This document shows, in pieces, positions 13,456 through 26,858 of a stretch of DNA of 64,000 nucleotides. Below the pieces are notes generated by a model, which made no database searches, had not been told where the DNA came from, and worked only from the letters and a program-made list of their open reading frames with translations. How positions within the stretch are numbered: position 1 is the stretch's first letter; each line of letters begins with the position of its first letter. Source of the stretch: the human T2T-CHM13v2.0 reference genome, Homo sapiens; the NCBI RefSeq assembly GCF_009914755.1, contig NC_060936.1; one strand, given 5' to 3'. Position numbers and translations under genes: made by a program.

Positions 13456-15264
13456 TTGCGTCAAGTTTCCCCAGATTGAACCTTAGGTCTGGTCAGTTTC
13501 TCCTGGACAGCAGTCATTTTGACAGCTTAGGATCTTTAGGTGCCCACATACCTTCAGAACCTCAACCCATTCTTGGGAGCACTGTCTGACCACCCTCTGA
13601 GGACCAGAAGCAGGAAGAGAGATCAGATGGTGAGAGGATAAGGACTGTTGATACCCAAGGGAGGTTGTAAAACCACTTGGGCACACCCAAGTTCAAAACA
13701 AAGAAGCCATCACACGAGGGTGAGAGAAGAGGTATTTACTCAGTGAGGCCCCTTCCAACCCTCATGGTAAAAGTCTACACTTGTTTAGAAAAGAGTATGT
13801 CTGTTTTATGATTTTATTTTTTAAAAAGGGAAACTCAACAACAAAAATGATGATGAAAATGACAATCTGACTATGGAAAACAGGCTCCTGCTATTCTCAT
13901 CAGACCATCTGACAAACTACCCAAGGGAGTTTCCGAGGCCTCCCAAACAGTAACAGCAGAGCAGCCACTCAAGAGGATGCCCCGGGGAGCCGCCAAACTG
14001 CAATTGCCCTGGAAATCAGATTCGAACAGCTCAGACATGAGGGCAAAGGGCGGGATGCATGCATCCCTAAGCACCAGCCCTTCAGCCCAGCAGAGGGGCA
14101 CAGACAAAGCTGCCCCGGAAGAATTGTTTGGGAGGTGCAGATACAAAGAATAAGATCCTGCTGGCAGCGCTGGGAAACACAGCAGCAGTCGGCACACGCT
14201 GGCCCTGGCAGTCAGCAACCGCCTGGCTCAGGCTGAGCAAAACCTTTCTGTGAATATGGCGTGAAAGCAGATCTCTCAGAGGCTCATGCTCCCTGAAGGT
14301 GAAAGATCAACAACAAAAAAGGCATTAACCCCTCTCCTAAATGATATTTCATGGCCATCAAAATCCCATCAAAGGAGCAGCTCATGTTCATAAGCCTGGG
14401 GGAGATGCTCCCAGCAATTTAGACACATTGGCAGCCCCAGGGAGGAGGACATAGCCTATGGGGACTCTCTATGTGTGAAGGGCAGCAGTTTGCATAACAA
14501 ATGTTCCATGCACAATCTTGGAACATTGGCATAATTCTTTCTGGACCCAATAATGATAATTACTCTCTGTCCTAATTAAGGAGAAAATAAAGAAGCTAAT
14601 ACTTTTATAAATCAACAAGTAGGATTAGTATGATGTACAAAGCGCCCTTGAGTTTGCTTCAGGAGACTTCCTCCTCTGTGTGACCACAAGTATATCACAT
14701 CGGCCACCTGGGCTTTTGTTTCCTTATCCATAAATCCTTTCTTTAAGGGGACATCTTATGGGTTCCTTTGAATGCTCCTATCCTAATTTATTCTTCTTTT
14801 CCTTTAAAAATGTTTGGTAAAGGCTTAGCATGCATGCAGTAAAATACACAGCATGATGTGTAGTATTCTTACTTAGAATTTTATGCCTTTCAAAGGGCGA
14901 AAGATGGTGATCAGGTGATATTGATTCTCTCCTTGTATAGCTTCAAAGATCGTGTTATAGATGAGAAACTAGATATTCAAAGGCACAGAGAACATGTCAT
15001 CCGTATCACTCAGATTAGAACTTCCAAGTGCTCACTCATGATATGTAGTCTGGTGAGCCAGGCCTCAGAGTGTCCTACTGTGGGCTCATGGAGCAGTTCT
15101 TCAGGATGTGGACAACATTGCTTGGACCAGGGACAGGAGAGAAAAAAAAGTGATAGGCTGAGAAGAAATTTTTATGTGACATGCAAATACTTAGAAAAGA
15201 TGAATGCTAGTACATCGGGAAATTTATAATTTCTTTTGACATTCAGGATTTGCCATAATTTAAT

Positions 15265-15470
15265 AGTTCTTACCTGTTGGATGCTTACTATGTGCCAAGC
15301 ATTGCACATTAACATGTATTATCCTGTTTAATCTTCAAAATAACCTATGAGGTGGACAATTTTATTACCCCATTTTACAGAAGAGGAACAAGAGTTTCAG
15401 GGAAATTAAGCTAATTTTCCCAAGTTACTGATAGAATGTGGCAGAGCTAGGTCTTGAACCCAAGCCCACA
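15265..15470 (-). mobile_element. MIR SINE
   Basis: CTTACTATGTGCCAAGCA ... CCCATTTTACAGAAGAGGAAC ... GGCAGAGCTAGGTCTTGAACCCAAG. Confidence 0.8.
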
Positions 15471-16057
15471 AAATTGACCGTGCCATTATTCAGTTTCTCA
15501 CAAGCACTTCCACCTTACTCTGCAATGAAGGCACCACCACCCCCCAGGAAAAGGCACTACCCCAGCCAGATGGTACACTTCATCCCCACTTCTGCTGTTC
15601 AGGCTTGAACTTGGCATGGTCTTCACCTTTCATTCTGCCATCCAAATCCATCCCTCAAGACCTAAGTCGAATACTATCTTCTCCTCGCCATTGCCTTCTA
15701 CCCTGAAAGTTCTGTACTCTGAATCAGTTTAAAAGGTGTTATCTGTTCCATCCATCTGGGGTCTTCATCATTTCCTTAAATATGTACATTATCCATTCCT
15801 TCAATAACATACATATTCAGTGTGCTTTCTCCTCAAATAATTGCCAGATACTAGAAGTCAGAAACCATGTTGTCTATTTCTTTTGTATCTCTGAAAGAAT
15901 CATAGTACAAAATTTATAAATGAAATCATGTAGCTCTGTGCTATATGAAAATTATATCATATGACATTACAGCCACCCTGTATTTGTTGACTAAATTGTC
16001 CTTTCTGTTTAATTCCCAAGCATTTGAGCCACTCTGCCCCAGATTGAATTGCCTTGC

Positions 16058-16670
<613 letters not shown>

Positions 16671-16783
16671 CTGAATTGCCCTTTAAAAGCTTTTTTTCCC
16701 TTGTAAGATCATAATATTCCACCTTCCACTATATCCAGACTGAGACAATAGCAACTGTGTGTGTTTATATGTGAATATGGAAG

Positions 16784-16786
<3 letters not shown>

Positions 16787-16839
<53 letters not shown>

Positions 16840-16855
16840 CAGAGACACAGAGAGA
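16787..16855. repeat. Compound (TG)n(AG)n microsatellite
   Basis: About 20 TG units followed by an AG/AC run. Confidence 0.95.
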
Positions 16856-17959
16856 AATGTGTGTTCTGATAAAGCAAGGTACATTAGATAATAGCCCATT
16901 GCACCTTGCATTAAGCAAGCCTGTCTGAGAAATGAGCAACTTTCTCAGGCCACTGCTCAACCTAGAGTGTTGACAACCTTGGGAGAGAAGACTTTAATTG
17001 CAGTCATTCCCTTATTCCCTCTGGATTACTTGTTTATAGTCTGAAATTGCTGAACGAGTTCTGCAGGTTTTTCTTGTCCATTTGCTGAGCTTGAAGCAAG
17101 AAGGGAGAGACCCAGGTTCACTGAATTGTAAACAGTACTTCTCAAGGTCAAACTGGAGAGACTGCACAGAAGAGGGGGTTGGGGGGCAGGTTTCTGAATG
17201 TGACAGACAAGAGTAACATATTGCATATATACTTTACTGCAAGCCTGCACAGAAGAAAATCGAAAAGAAAATAATATTGCAAAGAATCCTGTTCAAACTC
17301 GATTTCTTACAGTGTTTTTTTTTTTTTTTGGCCAAACTTGAAAGTCAACTTTTTAAAAGTAATTAGACATCTAATCTGTGCTTTATCCCACTGCCACAAT
17401 CTCCAAACTTTTTCTGTCATTATATAAACATTATTTGAAGTTATAAAGAACACAAGCAAGTGGGCTAGATATTATCAAAAGATACTTCCAGAAATCACCG
17501 GAAATGACCGGAAGCCCAGTCAGCCCTGTTGTCTTGAAATAAACACATGAAACTGAGCTCCACATGCTCAGGCTGCAGTATATTCAGCACGCTAACAGGT
17601 ACAGGCACTGCTTTGCCCCAGACTGGTGGGAATGTGGCACTGAAGAAAGCCCAGGCTCTACTATGGAAGAGCTTACAATCTGGAGAGAGTGGAAACGTAC
17701 ACAGCATATCATAGCACCATAAAGCCAGGGAAACACAAAAGGTAGAGATGAGAAGACCCTCCTTTTAATGGTTTAATTTTTAAGAACACTATTCACCAAT
17801 TGTAGATTTAGGAGAGGTTTTTTTTTTATGTGTTTTAAGTCGAAATACCTGAACTTCAAGCCCAGTTTGCCCTTTCCTACCCTTGAGATCTGAGTCAAAT
17901 CACATCGCCCAGTGGACGGCAGTTTCCTCATGGATGAGATCAGAGTGTTGGTGTAGACC

Positions 17960-18165
17960 ATGGGTTAGCAAGTAACAACAGCTAGGGGTAAAAATCCAGC
18001 TCACAACCGGTTTTGTAAATAAGATTGCTGGAACACACCACGCCCATTCATTTACATATTGTCTATGGCTGCTCTTACTCTACAGCCGCTGAGTAGTTAT
18101 GACATATGGTCCACAAAGCCTAAAATATTTACTATCTAGCCCTTTCCAGGGTTCCTGACTCCTGG
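17960..18165. mobile_element. MER58A (hAT-Charlie)
   Basis: GTTTTGTAAATAA ... CACGCCCATTCATTTACATATTGTCTATGGCTGCT ... AAAGCCTAAAATATTTACTATCT. Confidence 0.85.
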
Positions 18166-18334
18166 TGTAGCCAGTCTCTAAGGTCTCTTCCAGGGGCTTG
18201 CAAGGTGTTATGTAGACACATAACAGCACTTCGAAAATTTGAAATAATCACACAAACGGAAGAAATGGTCAAAAAGCACATGCTGGGTCCCAGAAGACAG
18301 CAGCTCTCCTTGCTTTATGTCATCAACAGCAAAC

Positions 18335-18569
18335 AGCTGCTCCAAGGGGTCGCAACTCGACTCATATTAGAATCACCTGGGGAGAATTTTATTTGTCGTA
18401 ACAAGGTTTGAGGGAGGCACATTTCACACATTAGCATGAAAACCCAATCATCATGCTTTGGAGAATTTTTTTTTTTAATGTCAATGCCCAAGACCCAGTG
18501 TCTACAGTTTCTGATTTAATTGCTGTGGAGTGGAGACCTGGTATCAGCTGTTTTTAAATGCTGTCCAGA
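18335..18569. mobile_element. MER5A-type DNA transposon interrupted by a U13 retrocopy and Alus
   Basis: CATATTAGAATCACCTGGGGAG ... TTCTGATTTAATTG ... TGTTTTTAAA; remainder AATTCT...CATTCAGGGTT lies after 19035. Confidence 0.65.
18391..18459 (-). pseudogene. SNORD13: Truncated U13 snoRNA (SNORD13) retrocopy
   Basis: Reverse complement AAGCATGATGATTGGGTTTTCATGCTAATGTGTGAAATGTGCCTCCCTCAAACCTTGTTACGAC matches the central part of U13 including box C (TGATGA); short A tail; TSD GGAGAATTTT (18381-18390 / 18460-18469). Confidence 0.88.
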
Positions 18570-19070
<501 letters not shown>

Positions 19071-19087
19071 TTAACAAAAGCTTACAC

Positions 19088-19520
19088 GTAATACCAAGAT
19101 ATGGAATCAACCTAAGTGTCCATCAGCAGATGAATGGATAAAGAAATGTGATCAAAATGCACAATGGAATACTATTCAGCCTTTAAAAATAAGAAAATCC
19201 TGTCACTTACAACAACATGGATGAGCCTGAAGGACATTACGTTAAGTGAAATAAGCTAGGCACAAAAAGACAAATACCGTATGTTCTCACTTATATGTGG
19301 AATCTAAAAAAGTTGAGCTCATAGAAGTAGAGAGTAAAATGTTGATTACCAAAGGCTCGGGAAAGTGGGGATGGGGTTGAGGAAATGTTGGTCAAAAGAT
19401 ACAAATTTTTATCTAGACAGAAAGAGTAAGTTCAAGATATCTATTTTATGTCATGGTAACTATATTTAATAATAGTATATTGTACACTTGAAAATTGCAA
19501 AAAAATAAAAAATATTAAAA
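19088..19520 (+). mobile_element. L1MA-type 3' end
   Basis: GGAATCAACCTAAGTGTCCATCA ... TTAAGTGAAATAAGC ... ATTGTACACTTGAAAATTGC plus A-rich tail. Confidence 0.85.
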
Positions 19521-22439
19521 AATATGTGAAGCAAAAGCTATTTAAAAAATAAGGAAATTGAACAAAACTATAATATTAGAAGGGTATTTAAGTACAACTC
19601 TTATGACCTTGGATAGTTCAAGCTGACCAGGGAGATGAAATAAAGATACAAATAAATACATTTTTAAAAAATACCACTGAACCTTTTTAAAAAAAACATA
19701 TCGATGCCTGTATTTCTTTCCAGGTATATTACACCAGAATATCTGGGATTGTGGCCCCCAAACCTGTATATTTAACGAGTTCTCAAGATAATTCTTATGC
19801 AGACAACTCTGCAACAGCCTGCATTGAGTAGCCAGGTATGTGAATCATGCTCAAGGCCAACTATGATGCAGGAATTCAGAATCCAATAGAGAAGTGTTAA
19901 GGTCCATTTCATACTTCTTTATCTTTGACTCTCAAAGGTGTAACGCAACACCTGGAACTTAGCAGATATTTGGTAAATGTTTAATAAAGAAAACTTAATT
20001 TAACCTGACCACTGAGTGTTTCGGTGGAGAGAGAAACACACAGGAGGTTTATGCTTAATCTTGAAAGAGATAAGGCTAAGACTCATGTTCTATACACTTA
20101 ATTAAATAGCCATCAACTGCAACCTTCCTCCACCTATCTACACTCAAACATTAACTACAAAACCTGATCAAAAAATCATTATTTTAAAATCACCAACCCA
20201 CGGAAGCTCCTTTAGTTAGACTGAAGTTCACGTGATTGCTTAAACCTTTTTTCTGGGAATGGATCTTTTATGCCAAGTAGGCAGGGTTACTGCCCCATAA
20301 ACCTACCTTCTGTCATTAGCTTTGACTGTTGACACTTGCAATGATTAGACAGGGTTGAGCAAAGGGTATTTTTGCAGTCTGTGGGGAAGAGTATAGAAAA
20401 TAAACATTGCATCTCATTACAAAGCCCTGAATGTGCAAAACATACTGGTCCAAATGCCATGATTAGATAAGCACCTGCAACACTCATTAACTTTGAAGGG
20501 AAATTGAAGCCAAATTTGGGCCCATATGCCACCTGTCCTTACACTTCAGCAATCAGGTGACCTCTATTCTCACATTAAGTTAATTTCTGAAACACTCTAC
20601 ATGATAGCTATTGCCCCAGACTTCTAATAATTAACCCAGGGTGTCCTCTCTCAAACATCCTGTGAAATAGTCTCCATCTACAATTTCTAGGGTTTCAGAT
20701 GAGCCTTTGCCCATAACCTGAACATGTCCTTTTTAAAGATAGGTCATTGTAAATGACTCTGAGTGACAGCCTAATGCTACCCCACAAAGTAGAATGAAGT
20801 GTAATATTGATCCACTCATCCACAAACACAAAAATGCATGTGTTTTGTGTGAGGGCAAATAATTACTAAAGTAGCCAGAATAAAAACTAAGGTTGACACA
20901 GGAGGATTGAGATGATGGGCAAGTGATCTCTAAAGAAGAGTGCACCAAAGGCCTCTCTGTCTCACTCTGTAATAGTCTATTTGCAAATTGCCCTACATGC
21001 TGTATCACATGTAGCTCTAAAAGTCTGTGGCTCCAGGCGAGAGCCTCTAAGTAACCTGAGAAAAAACTACATTTGGAAATGTTTCCGTGAGGCTACTCGA
21101 CAAAGTAGCTCCCAAAGTTATGATTCATTCAATCAGATGGCCTCATCTGGTCAGGGTGCAACTTAGGCATAGGTGTAGGGAACAATTGGCCACATGGAGT
21201 AAGCTGAAGAGCCTGGGAAGACTCCTCTGTTCAAATATGTCTTTACTGCTTAAGTGTTAAAGGTCCCAGAATCCCATCATGAGAGTCCAGTTCCTTTGTA
21301 TGTTTAGACTATAACAGAGCCATGTGCCACAGAGAGGAGTACAGGCTGGAGAGCTGAGTGGTCAGAAAGATAATTGGATGAAAGAGGTCCCTGGTGTGCC
21401 AGAAAGATCTCTCCAGCAAGCCATAGTTCAGATAATAAAGAAAATTAAAATCGGTGACCTTCTGTGGAAAGTGAATTGATTCATCCCTCTCTTCCCAGCA
21501 ATTTCAGAATTAACTGACATAAAGCCATGGATAGAGAGCTGGTTGTGCAATGACTACAAGGTCTCAAAAGCAGCAACTGCAGCAGAACACAGCACAAGCT
21601 TCATGAGAAGCACGGGGAGGACAGAGATGGCAATTCCACCAAGAAGGATTAGGAAGGATTTTTTTTTTCCTTTCCCAAGACTGAACACATCATGTGATGC
21701 TATGTGCAACATGGAGATGATTAAAATCAGCATGCCCACTGAAGTTCCAGGACTAGCAGGAAATTGTGAAGCCTGTACTGCAAAGTAATACCACCTCCAG
21801 GTTACCAGATGGGGTGAGGGGTTACTCAGAAGCCAAGGCAGCTAAAGAATTATAAATCTCTATATAATTCTGATATCCAGATAGTAAAGAATTTTTAGTC
21901 TATGAGACTTCTAAATAGCACTCTGTGGCAGGAGCACATCTCCCTTGGCTCAGATATACCCAGGAGAGCTATGCCTCTCAGCAAGATGCTATGAAATTAA
22001 TTACCTAGGGGAACAAGAGAAGCATTGCAAAGACTATGGTGTATCATATGTGCAGGTGATCTTTTTTTCTATGCAAATATTATTGATACGGGTAACACTT
22101 CAAATCATTAACATTTTAATCTGAAGGAGAATCCTTCTAGTGACAGATGGGGTCCAGGGTTGAGGTGAGAGGTAAGGGAGAAGACAAGTTCTGTCTATAA
22201 GCCCACTCTGATACGAAACAGAACGTTTAAGCATTTATTGCAAATTCCTCAAATATTTATTGAGCACCAGCAATATGGGAGAAGATGTGCCAGGCATTTG
22301 GGAGGATATAAACATGTATATATGTACTAATGCCACCATCAACTAGCTCAAGACATAATTGGAGAAATGGCATAGGGATAACTGTGATATAGGATCAATT
22401 TAGGAAAGTCTTGGAATTGGCACAAGGACCCACAGAATC

Positions 22440-22562
22440 AACACCAGCTGGGAGTGATACAAAATTAGATTGTCGGGCCCTATACAGGATCCCCAGAATC
22501 GTAATGTGCATTCGACCATGATTCCGTAGGTGATTTGTGTGCACATTTGAGAATCACTGGTC
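22440..22562. mobile_element. MER5-type fragment
   Basis: AGATTGTCGGGCCC ... TAATGTGCATT ... TTTGAGAATCACTGGTCTA. Confidence 0.5.
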
Positions 22563-22632
22563 TAAACAACAACAAAAAAATGGCATGTTCGTGGAGGCCC
22601 TCTAACATATTACAAGAAAGCTTCAGAGATAG

Positions 22633-22984
<352 letters not shown>

Positions 22985-23400
22985 CACAGTTTTCTTAAGT
23001 ATGCTTGGGGGATGGCAAATAGACTGGTTTTAGACACATTTAAGGTACTGGTAGAATGGTCATGGGAAAAAAATTCTAGAAAGGTAGGTGTGGGCTGAGT
23101 TCCAGAATAACCCTAATTTCTGATTTCCTAGTTACACAAAGATGTGCAATCAAAAGGACATGAGAAAATTTTAAATGGCAAAAAAAAAAAAATGTTTAAC
23201 TTCTCCTTATAATTGTTCAGACTTCAGTCCCAACTCAAGTTCCTTCTTTACCCTGTCAAAGCCCTTAGGAGGCTCATGTGTTATCCTTATGTGTATGGTC
23301 TTGATAGAAAAGATGTAGACAGCCAATGGGATGAGAACTCCAAGAAGGGCTCCAACCCTGAGGGAGAATGAAAAAGAATTCACATCAGAAACCAGGTGGA

Positions 23401-23693
23401 GGCTGGGCGCGGTGGCTCATGCCTGTAATCCTAACACTTTGAGAGGCTGAGGCAGGCGTATCACTTGAGGTCAGGAGTTTGAAAACAGCCTGACCAACAT
23501 GCTGAAACCCTGTCTCTACTTAAAAAAAAAAAAAAAAAAAAAAATTGGCCGGGTGTGGTGGTGGGCACCTGCAATTCCAGCTACTCAGGAGGCTGAGACA
23601 GGAGAATCGCTTGAACCCGGGAGGCAGAGGTTTCAGAAAGCCAAGACTGTGCCACTGCAGGCCAGCCTGGGTAAAAGAGCAAGACTCTCTCTC

Positions 23694-23726
<33 letters not shown>

Positions 23727-23728
23727 GA
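23401..23728 (+). mobile_element. AluS, full length
   Basis: Dimer; degenerate TSD AGAAACCAGGTGGA / AGAAACTAAGTGGA. Confidence 0.93.
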
Positions 23729-24009
23729 AGAAACTAAGTGGAAACTCATCAATTCATCAATATACACAGGGAATGCATGCAAAGATTAGTGGGAACCTTA
23801 GCTCTAAGAATATACATATGTTCAGGGCCTTGACCCTGTACTCCAGACAATTAGCTCTGGGTGTGTCAATTTCAGACACTCTTCTTCACAGAGCCCCAGT
23901 CTCCTGCCCCATGTGCAACACTATCTGGAGCTCAGAGCCTTTGTACCCAATTTCACTTTTGCCAGTACTCTGCTTTATGACTGGACTCTGCCTCCATAAC
24001 TAATAGATC

Positions 24010-24245
24010 AATTATGGTAGCACTTACAATCTGCCAGGGACATGTCTACATGCTTTATATCCTAAATCATTAAGATCCACAACCACCCTATTACTTAAGT
24101 ATGATTATTACCACCAGTTCACAGACAAGAAAACTAAGCTACAGAGAGATCAAATGCCTTAACTGAGGTCACTCCACTCACTCCACTAGTAAGGGGTGAT
24201 GTTGGGATTTGAATCCATGCAGTTGGCTCCACAGTTCACACTATT
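24010..24245 (-). mobile_element. MIR SINE
   Basis: AGCACTTACAATCTGCCAGG ... CACAGACAAGAAAACTAAGCTACAGAGAG ... GGGATTTGAATCCA. Confidence 0.7.
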
Positions 24246-24979
24246 AAGCAGATGTTTCTCTAGGAAGCTTTTTTATCCACTTACTGAGAGGCTGGGGGAA
24301 AGAGTTCCAGAAAGCAACCACCTGACTCATGAGCAGTGACCATTCTCTGGGATATGACCCACCCACTTCACTGATACCTAGTGCTCATCACTTTGACAAA
24401 TACAACTAAGATTGTTTCCTGCCTTGGGTTTCATGATTGCAATTTTCAGAGCTGGCCTCTGGATAAGGTCCTTTTTCTAGACATTATTATGCCCCATATT
24501 TGTATTTGTCAGGAAACTGGAGAGTTTATTCCAGGAACTAATTTGAAATTATAAGAATTTTTTTTCGTCCGTCAGAATAACCATTCATGAAAAGATAATG
24601 CATACATCAGTGAAGGAAGGTTCTTAAAATGGGTCAGCCAGAAAAAGGAAGAATTAAATTGGATGGCATGATTACATAGGACAACCAAGGACACCAAAGG
24701 GGCCCAAAGAAAAGAGAGCCCATGAAGAAATAGAACTGACCAGCATGAAGGTTGTACTTGGATGTTTAATGTGAAGCTGTGTTCGGTTGCCTTTTTCAGA
24801 TGGAGAGAAGACGGTCCCAGTCTTCTAGGTCTGGGAAGCCAGGTCTACTATGGAGGCCTTAACTCCTGTGTGGAAAAGGCTGAGGTAGCACATTTCACCA
24901 TAGGAGGAAGAAGAGACACCAGTGAAGGATACACAGCAGTAAGAGATATGGAAAAGAACAAGGGTAATGAATGGTAATT

Positions 24980-25500
24980 AATTCATTTATTTGCCCATTC
25001 ATTCATTCTACGAATATATATGGAGCACCTACTGTGTGCTACCCTCTGGGGCAGATTTTGGCTTCAGGGAGCTTACTTGACAGTTGGGACCCAGAAAATG
25101 AGCAAAGCAATTGCCCCTTTCTTCCTGTGTACATATCAGAGGGGTAGATGGAGTGAATGCTGTGAGAACATAGGACAGGAATGAACCTTCTGTCAGGGTC
25201 TCATGAAAGCCCGGGTTGGTGAGTTTTAAAATGAGACCTGCAAAATGAGAAGGAATCTGTCACACAAAATGTAGGGAGAGAGGGTAAGGAAGAAGAACAT
25301 TTCAAAAAGAAGTGTTGTTGTTTATTCCCCAAAGATGGCCAGAAAAGTGACTAAGAAAAGATCACAGGACTCCAGGTTGCCTGGGCAATCTCTGAGAGCC
25401 CTGTCTAGGGTGAAGTGGGAGTGAGACCAACAGAATAGTGTTAAGGGGACAGCTTATGGCAGGAAATGGGGACAAGCAATGCATGTGATTTGTCTGAGCT
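24980..25500 (-). mobile_element. L2 3' end
   Basis: ATTCATTCATTC tail, GAGCACCTACTGTGTGC, purine-rich L2 motifs. Confidence 0.6.
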
Positions 25501-26811
25501 GGAGTGGGGGAGGATGAGCTTGGTTTTGCTATGTCAGGCCATTAGTTGGGGCAATTTTCAGTTTCCATTTGAGCCTGAGCCTGGAGTAGGTGCATTCCAG
25601 ATATGCAGAAATCATGACCATGGAATGATTCATCTCCAGTTAGCTCCCTCAAAAATTCCCCACAGTCACTATCTGACACCTTTTCCTCAGGCCTCCACCT
25701 TGCACCTCCCCTGCCCCCTCCAGAATGACTTTGTGTCATTCTTCACTGAGAATGAGGCCATCAGAGAAAGCCTTCCTCATTTCTCCCTTTTCTACCTCTT
25801 TATTTCTCTAGATCTTCACCCTCCCTTTTTGGGAGAGGAACACTTCCTCCCTCCTGCAACCTTCCTCCACCTATCTATACTCAAACATTAACTACTAATG
25901 TGATCAAAGAATCATTATTCCTTCATTCCATAAATAACTCCACACCAGCACTTGATCCCTGTCTTCCTTTCTCTTCTGTAACTTGTACCACAAATCATGC
26001 TTGTTTATTTAATTTCTCCCTCACTACCACCATCTATTTCTAAACCAACAGCCTACTCAAGTCTGCCTGCTTCCCAAGAGTCCTCACTCAATCCTGCTTA
26101 TCTTTTTGGCCAACCTCCAACTCTCTGGAATTTGACCTCAGGACTTCTTGGAGATGATTGGATGGCTGTTTTTACCTTCTAGTGACCCACTCACTCCTCA
26201 GCCTTTATCATCTGACTTTCCAGCCTGCCTATGTGTTTTTTACCCTGTTGCAGCCCCTGCCACCACCCCAGAATGCTGTTCTGTTGCACTCCTACCCGCT
26301 ATGGGACTGTGTACCTGCCAGGCCTCTAGATGCTGCATCCCTCTCCTTGACCCTCATCTGAAGCCCAACCCTATGCCAATCTATAGAATGAACCCCAATT
26401 CAGACAAAAGAGATGTCAAGGTAACCAACTCCACCCTCTGAGATCCACGACTAGCCAAGGCTTGCCATTGCTCCACGTTACATCTCTGTTGTGAGAGCCA
26501 TCTTGATTCTCATGTGTGAGCCCAGATTTGGCTCTAAGACTGATCTCTTAGTTTCATTCCTGTTCAACCTATTTGTTGAGCATGTATTATGGGCCAGACT
26601 CTGGCACACAACTCCTACACATGATTACCCCTCCCGTTCACAACACGGCGATGCTGGAGAGCCCTACATAGTCAGCAGACCCATGCTACAGAGGGTTTGA
26701 GGAACTCTTCCAAGGACACACAGCCATTCCATGGTGGAACCAGAACTCAAACAGGCATTCTGATTTTAGAGCCTTTGCTCAATAAATAGTTATAACAGAA
26801 GAGAGAGTGGA

Positions 26812-26814
<3 letters not shown>

Positions 26815-26856
<42 letters not shown>
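26815..26856. repeat. (GT)21 microsatellite
   Basis: Pure GT run. Confidence 0.97.
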
Positions 26857-26858
<2 letters not shown>

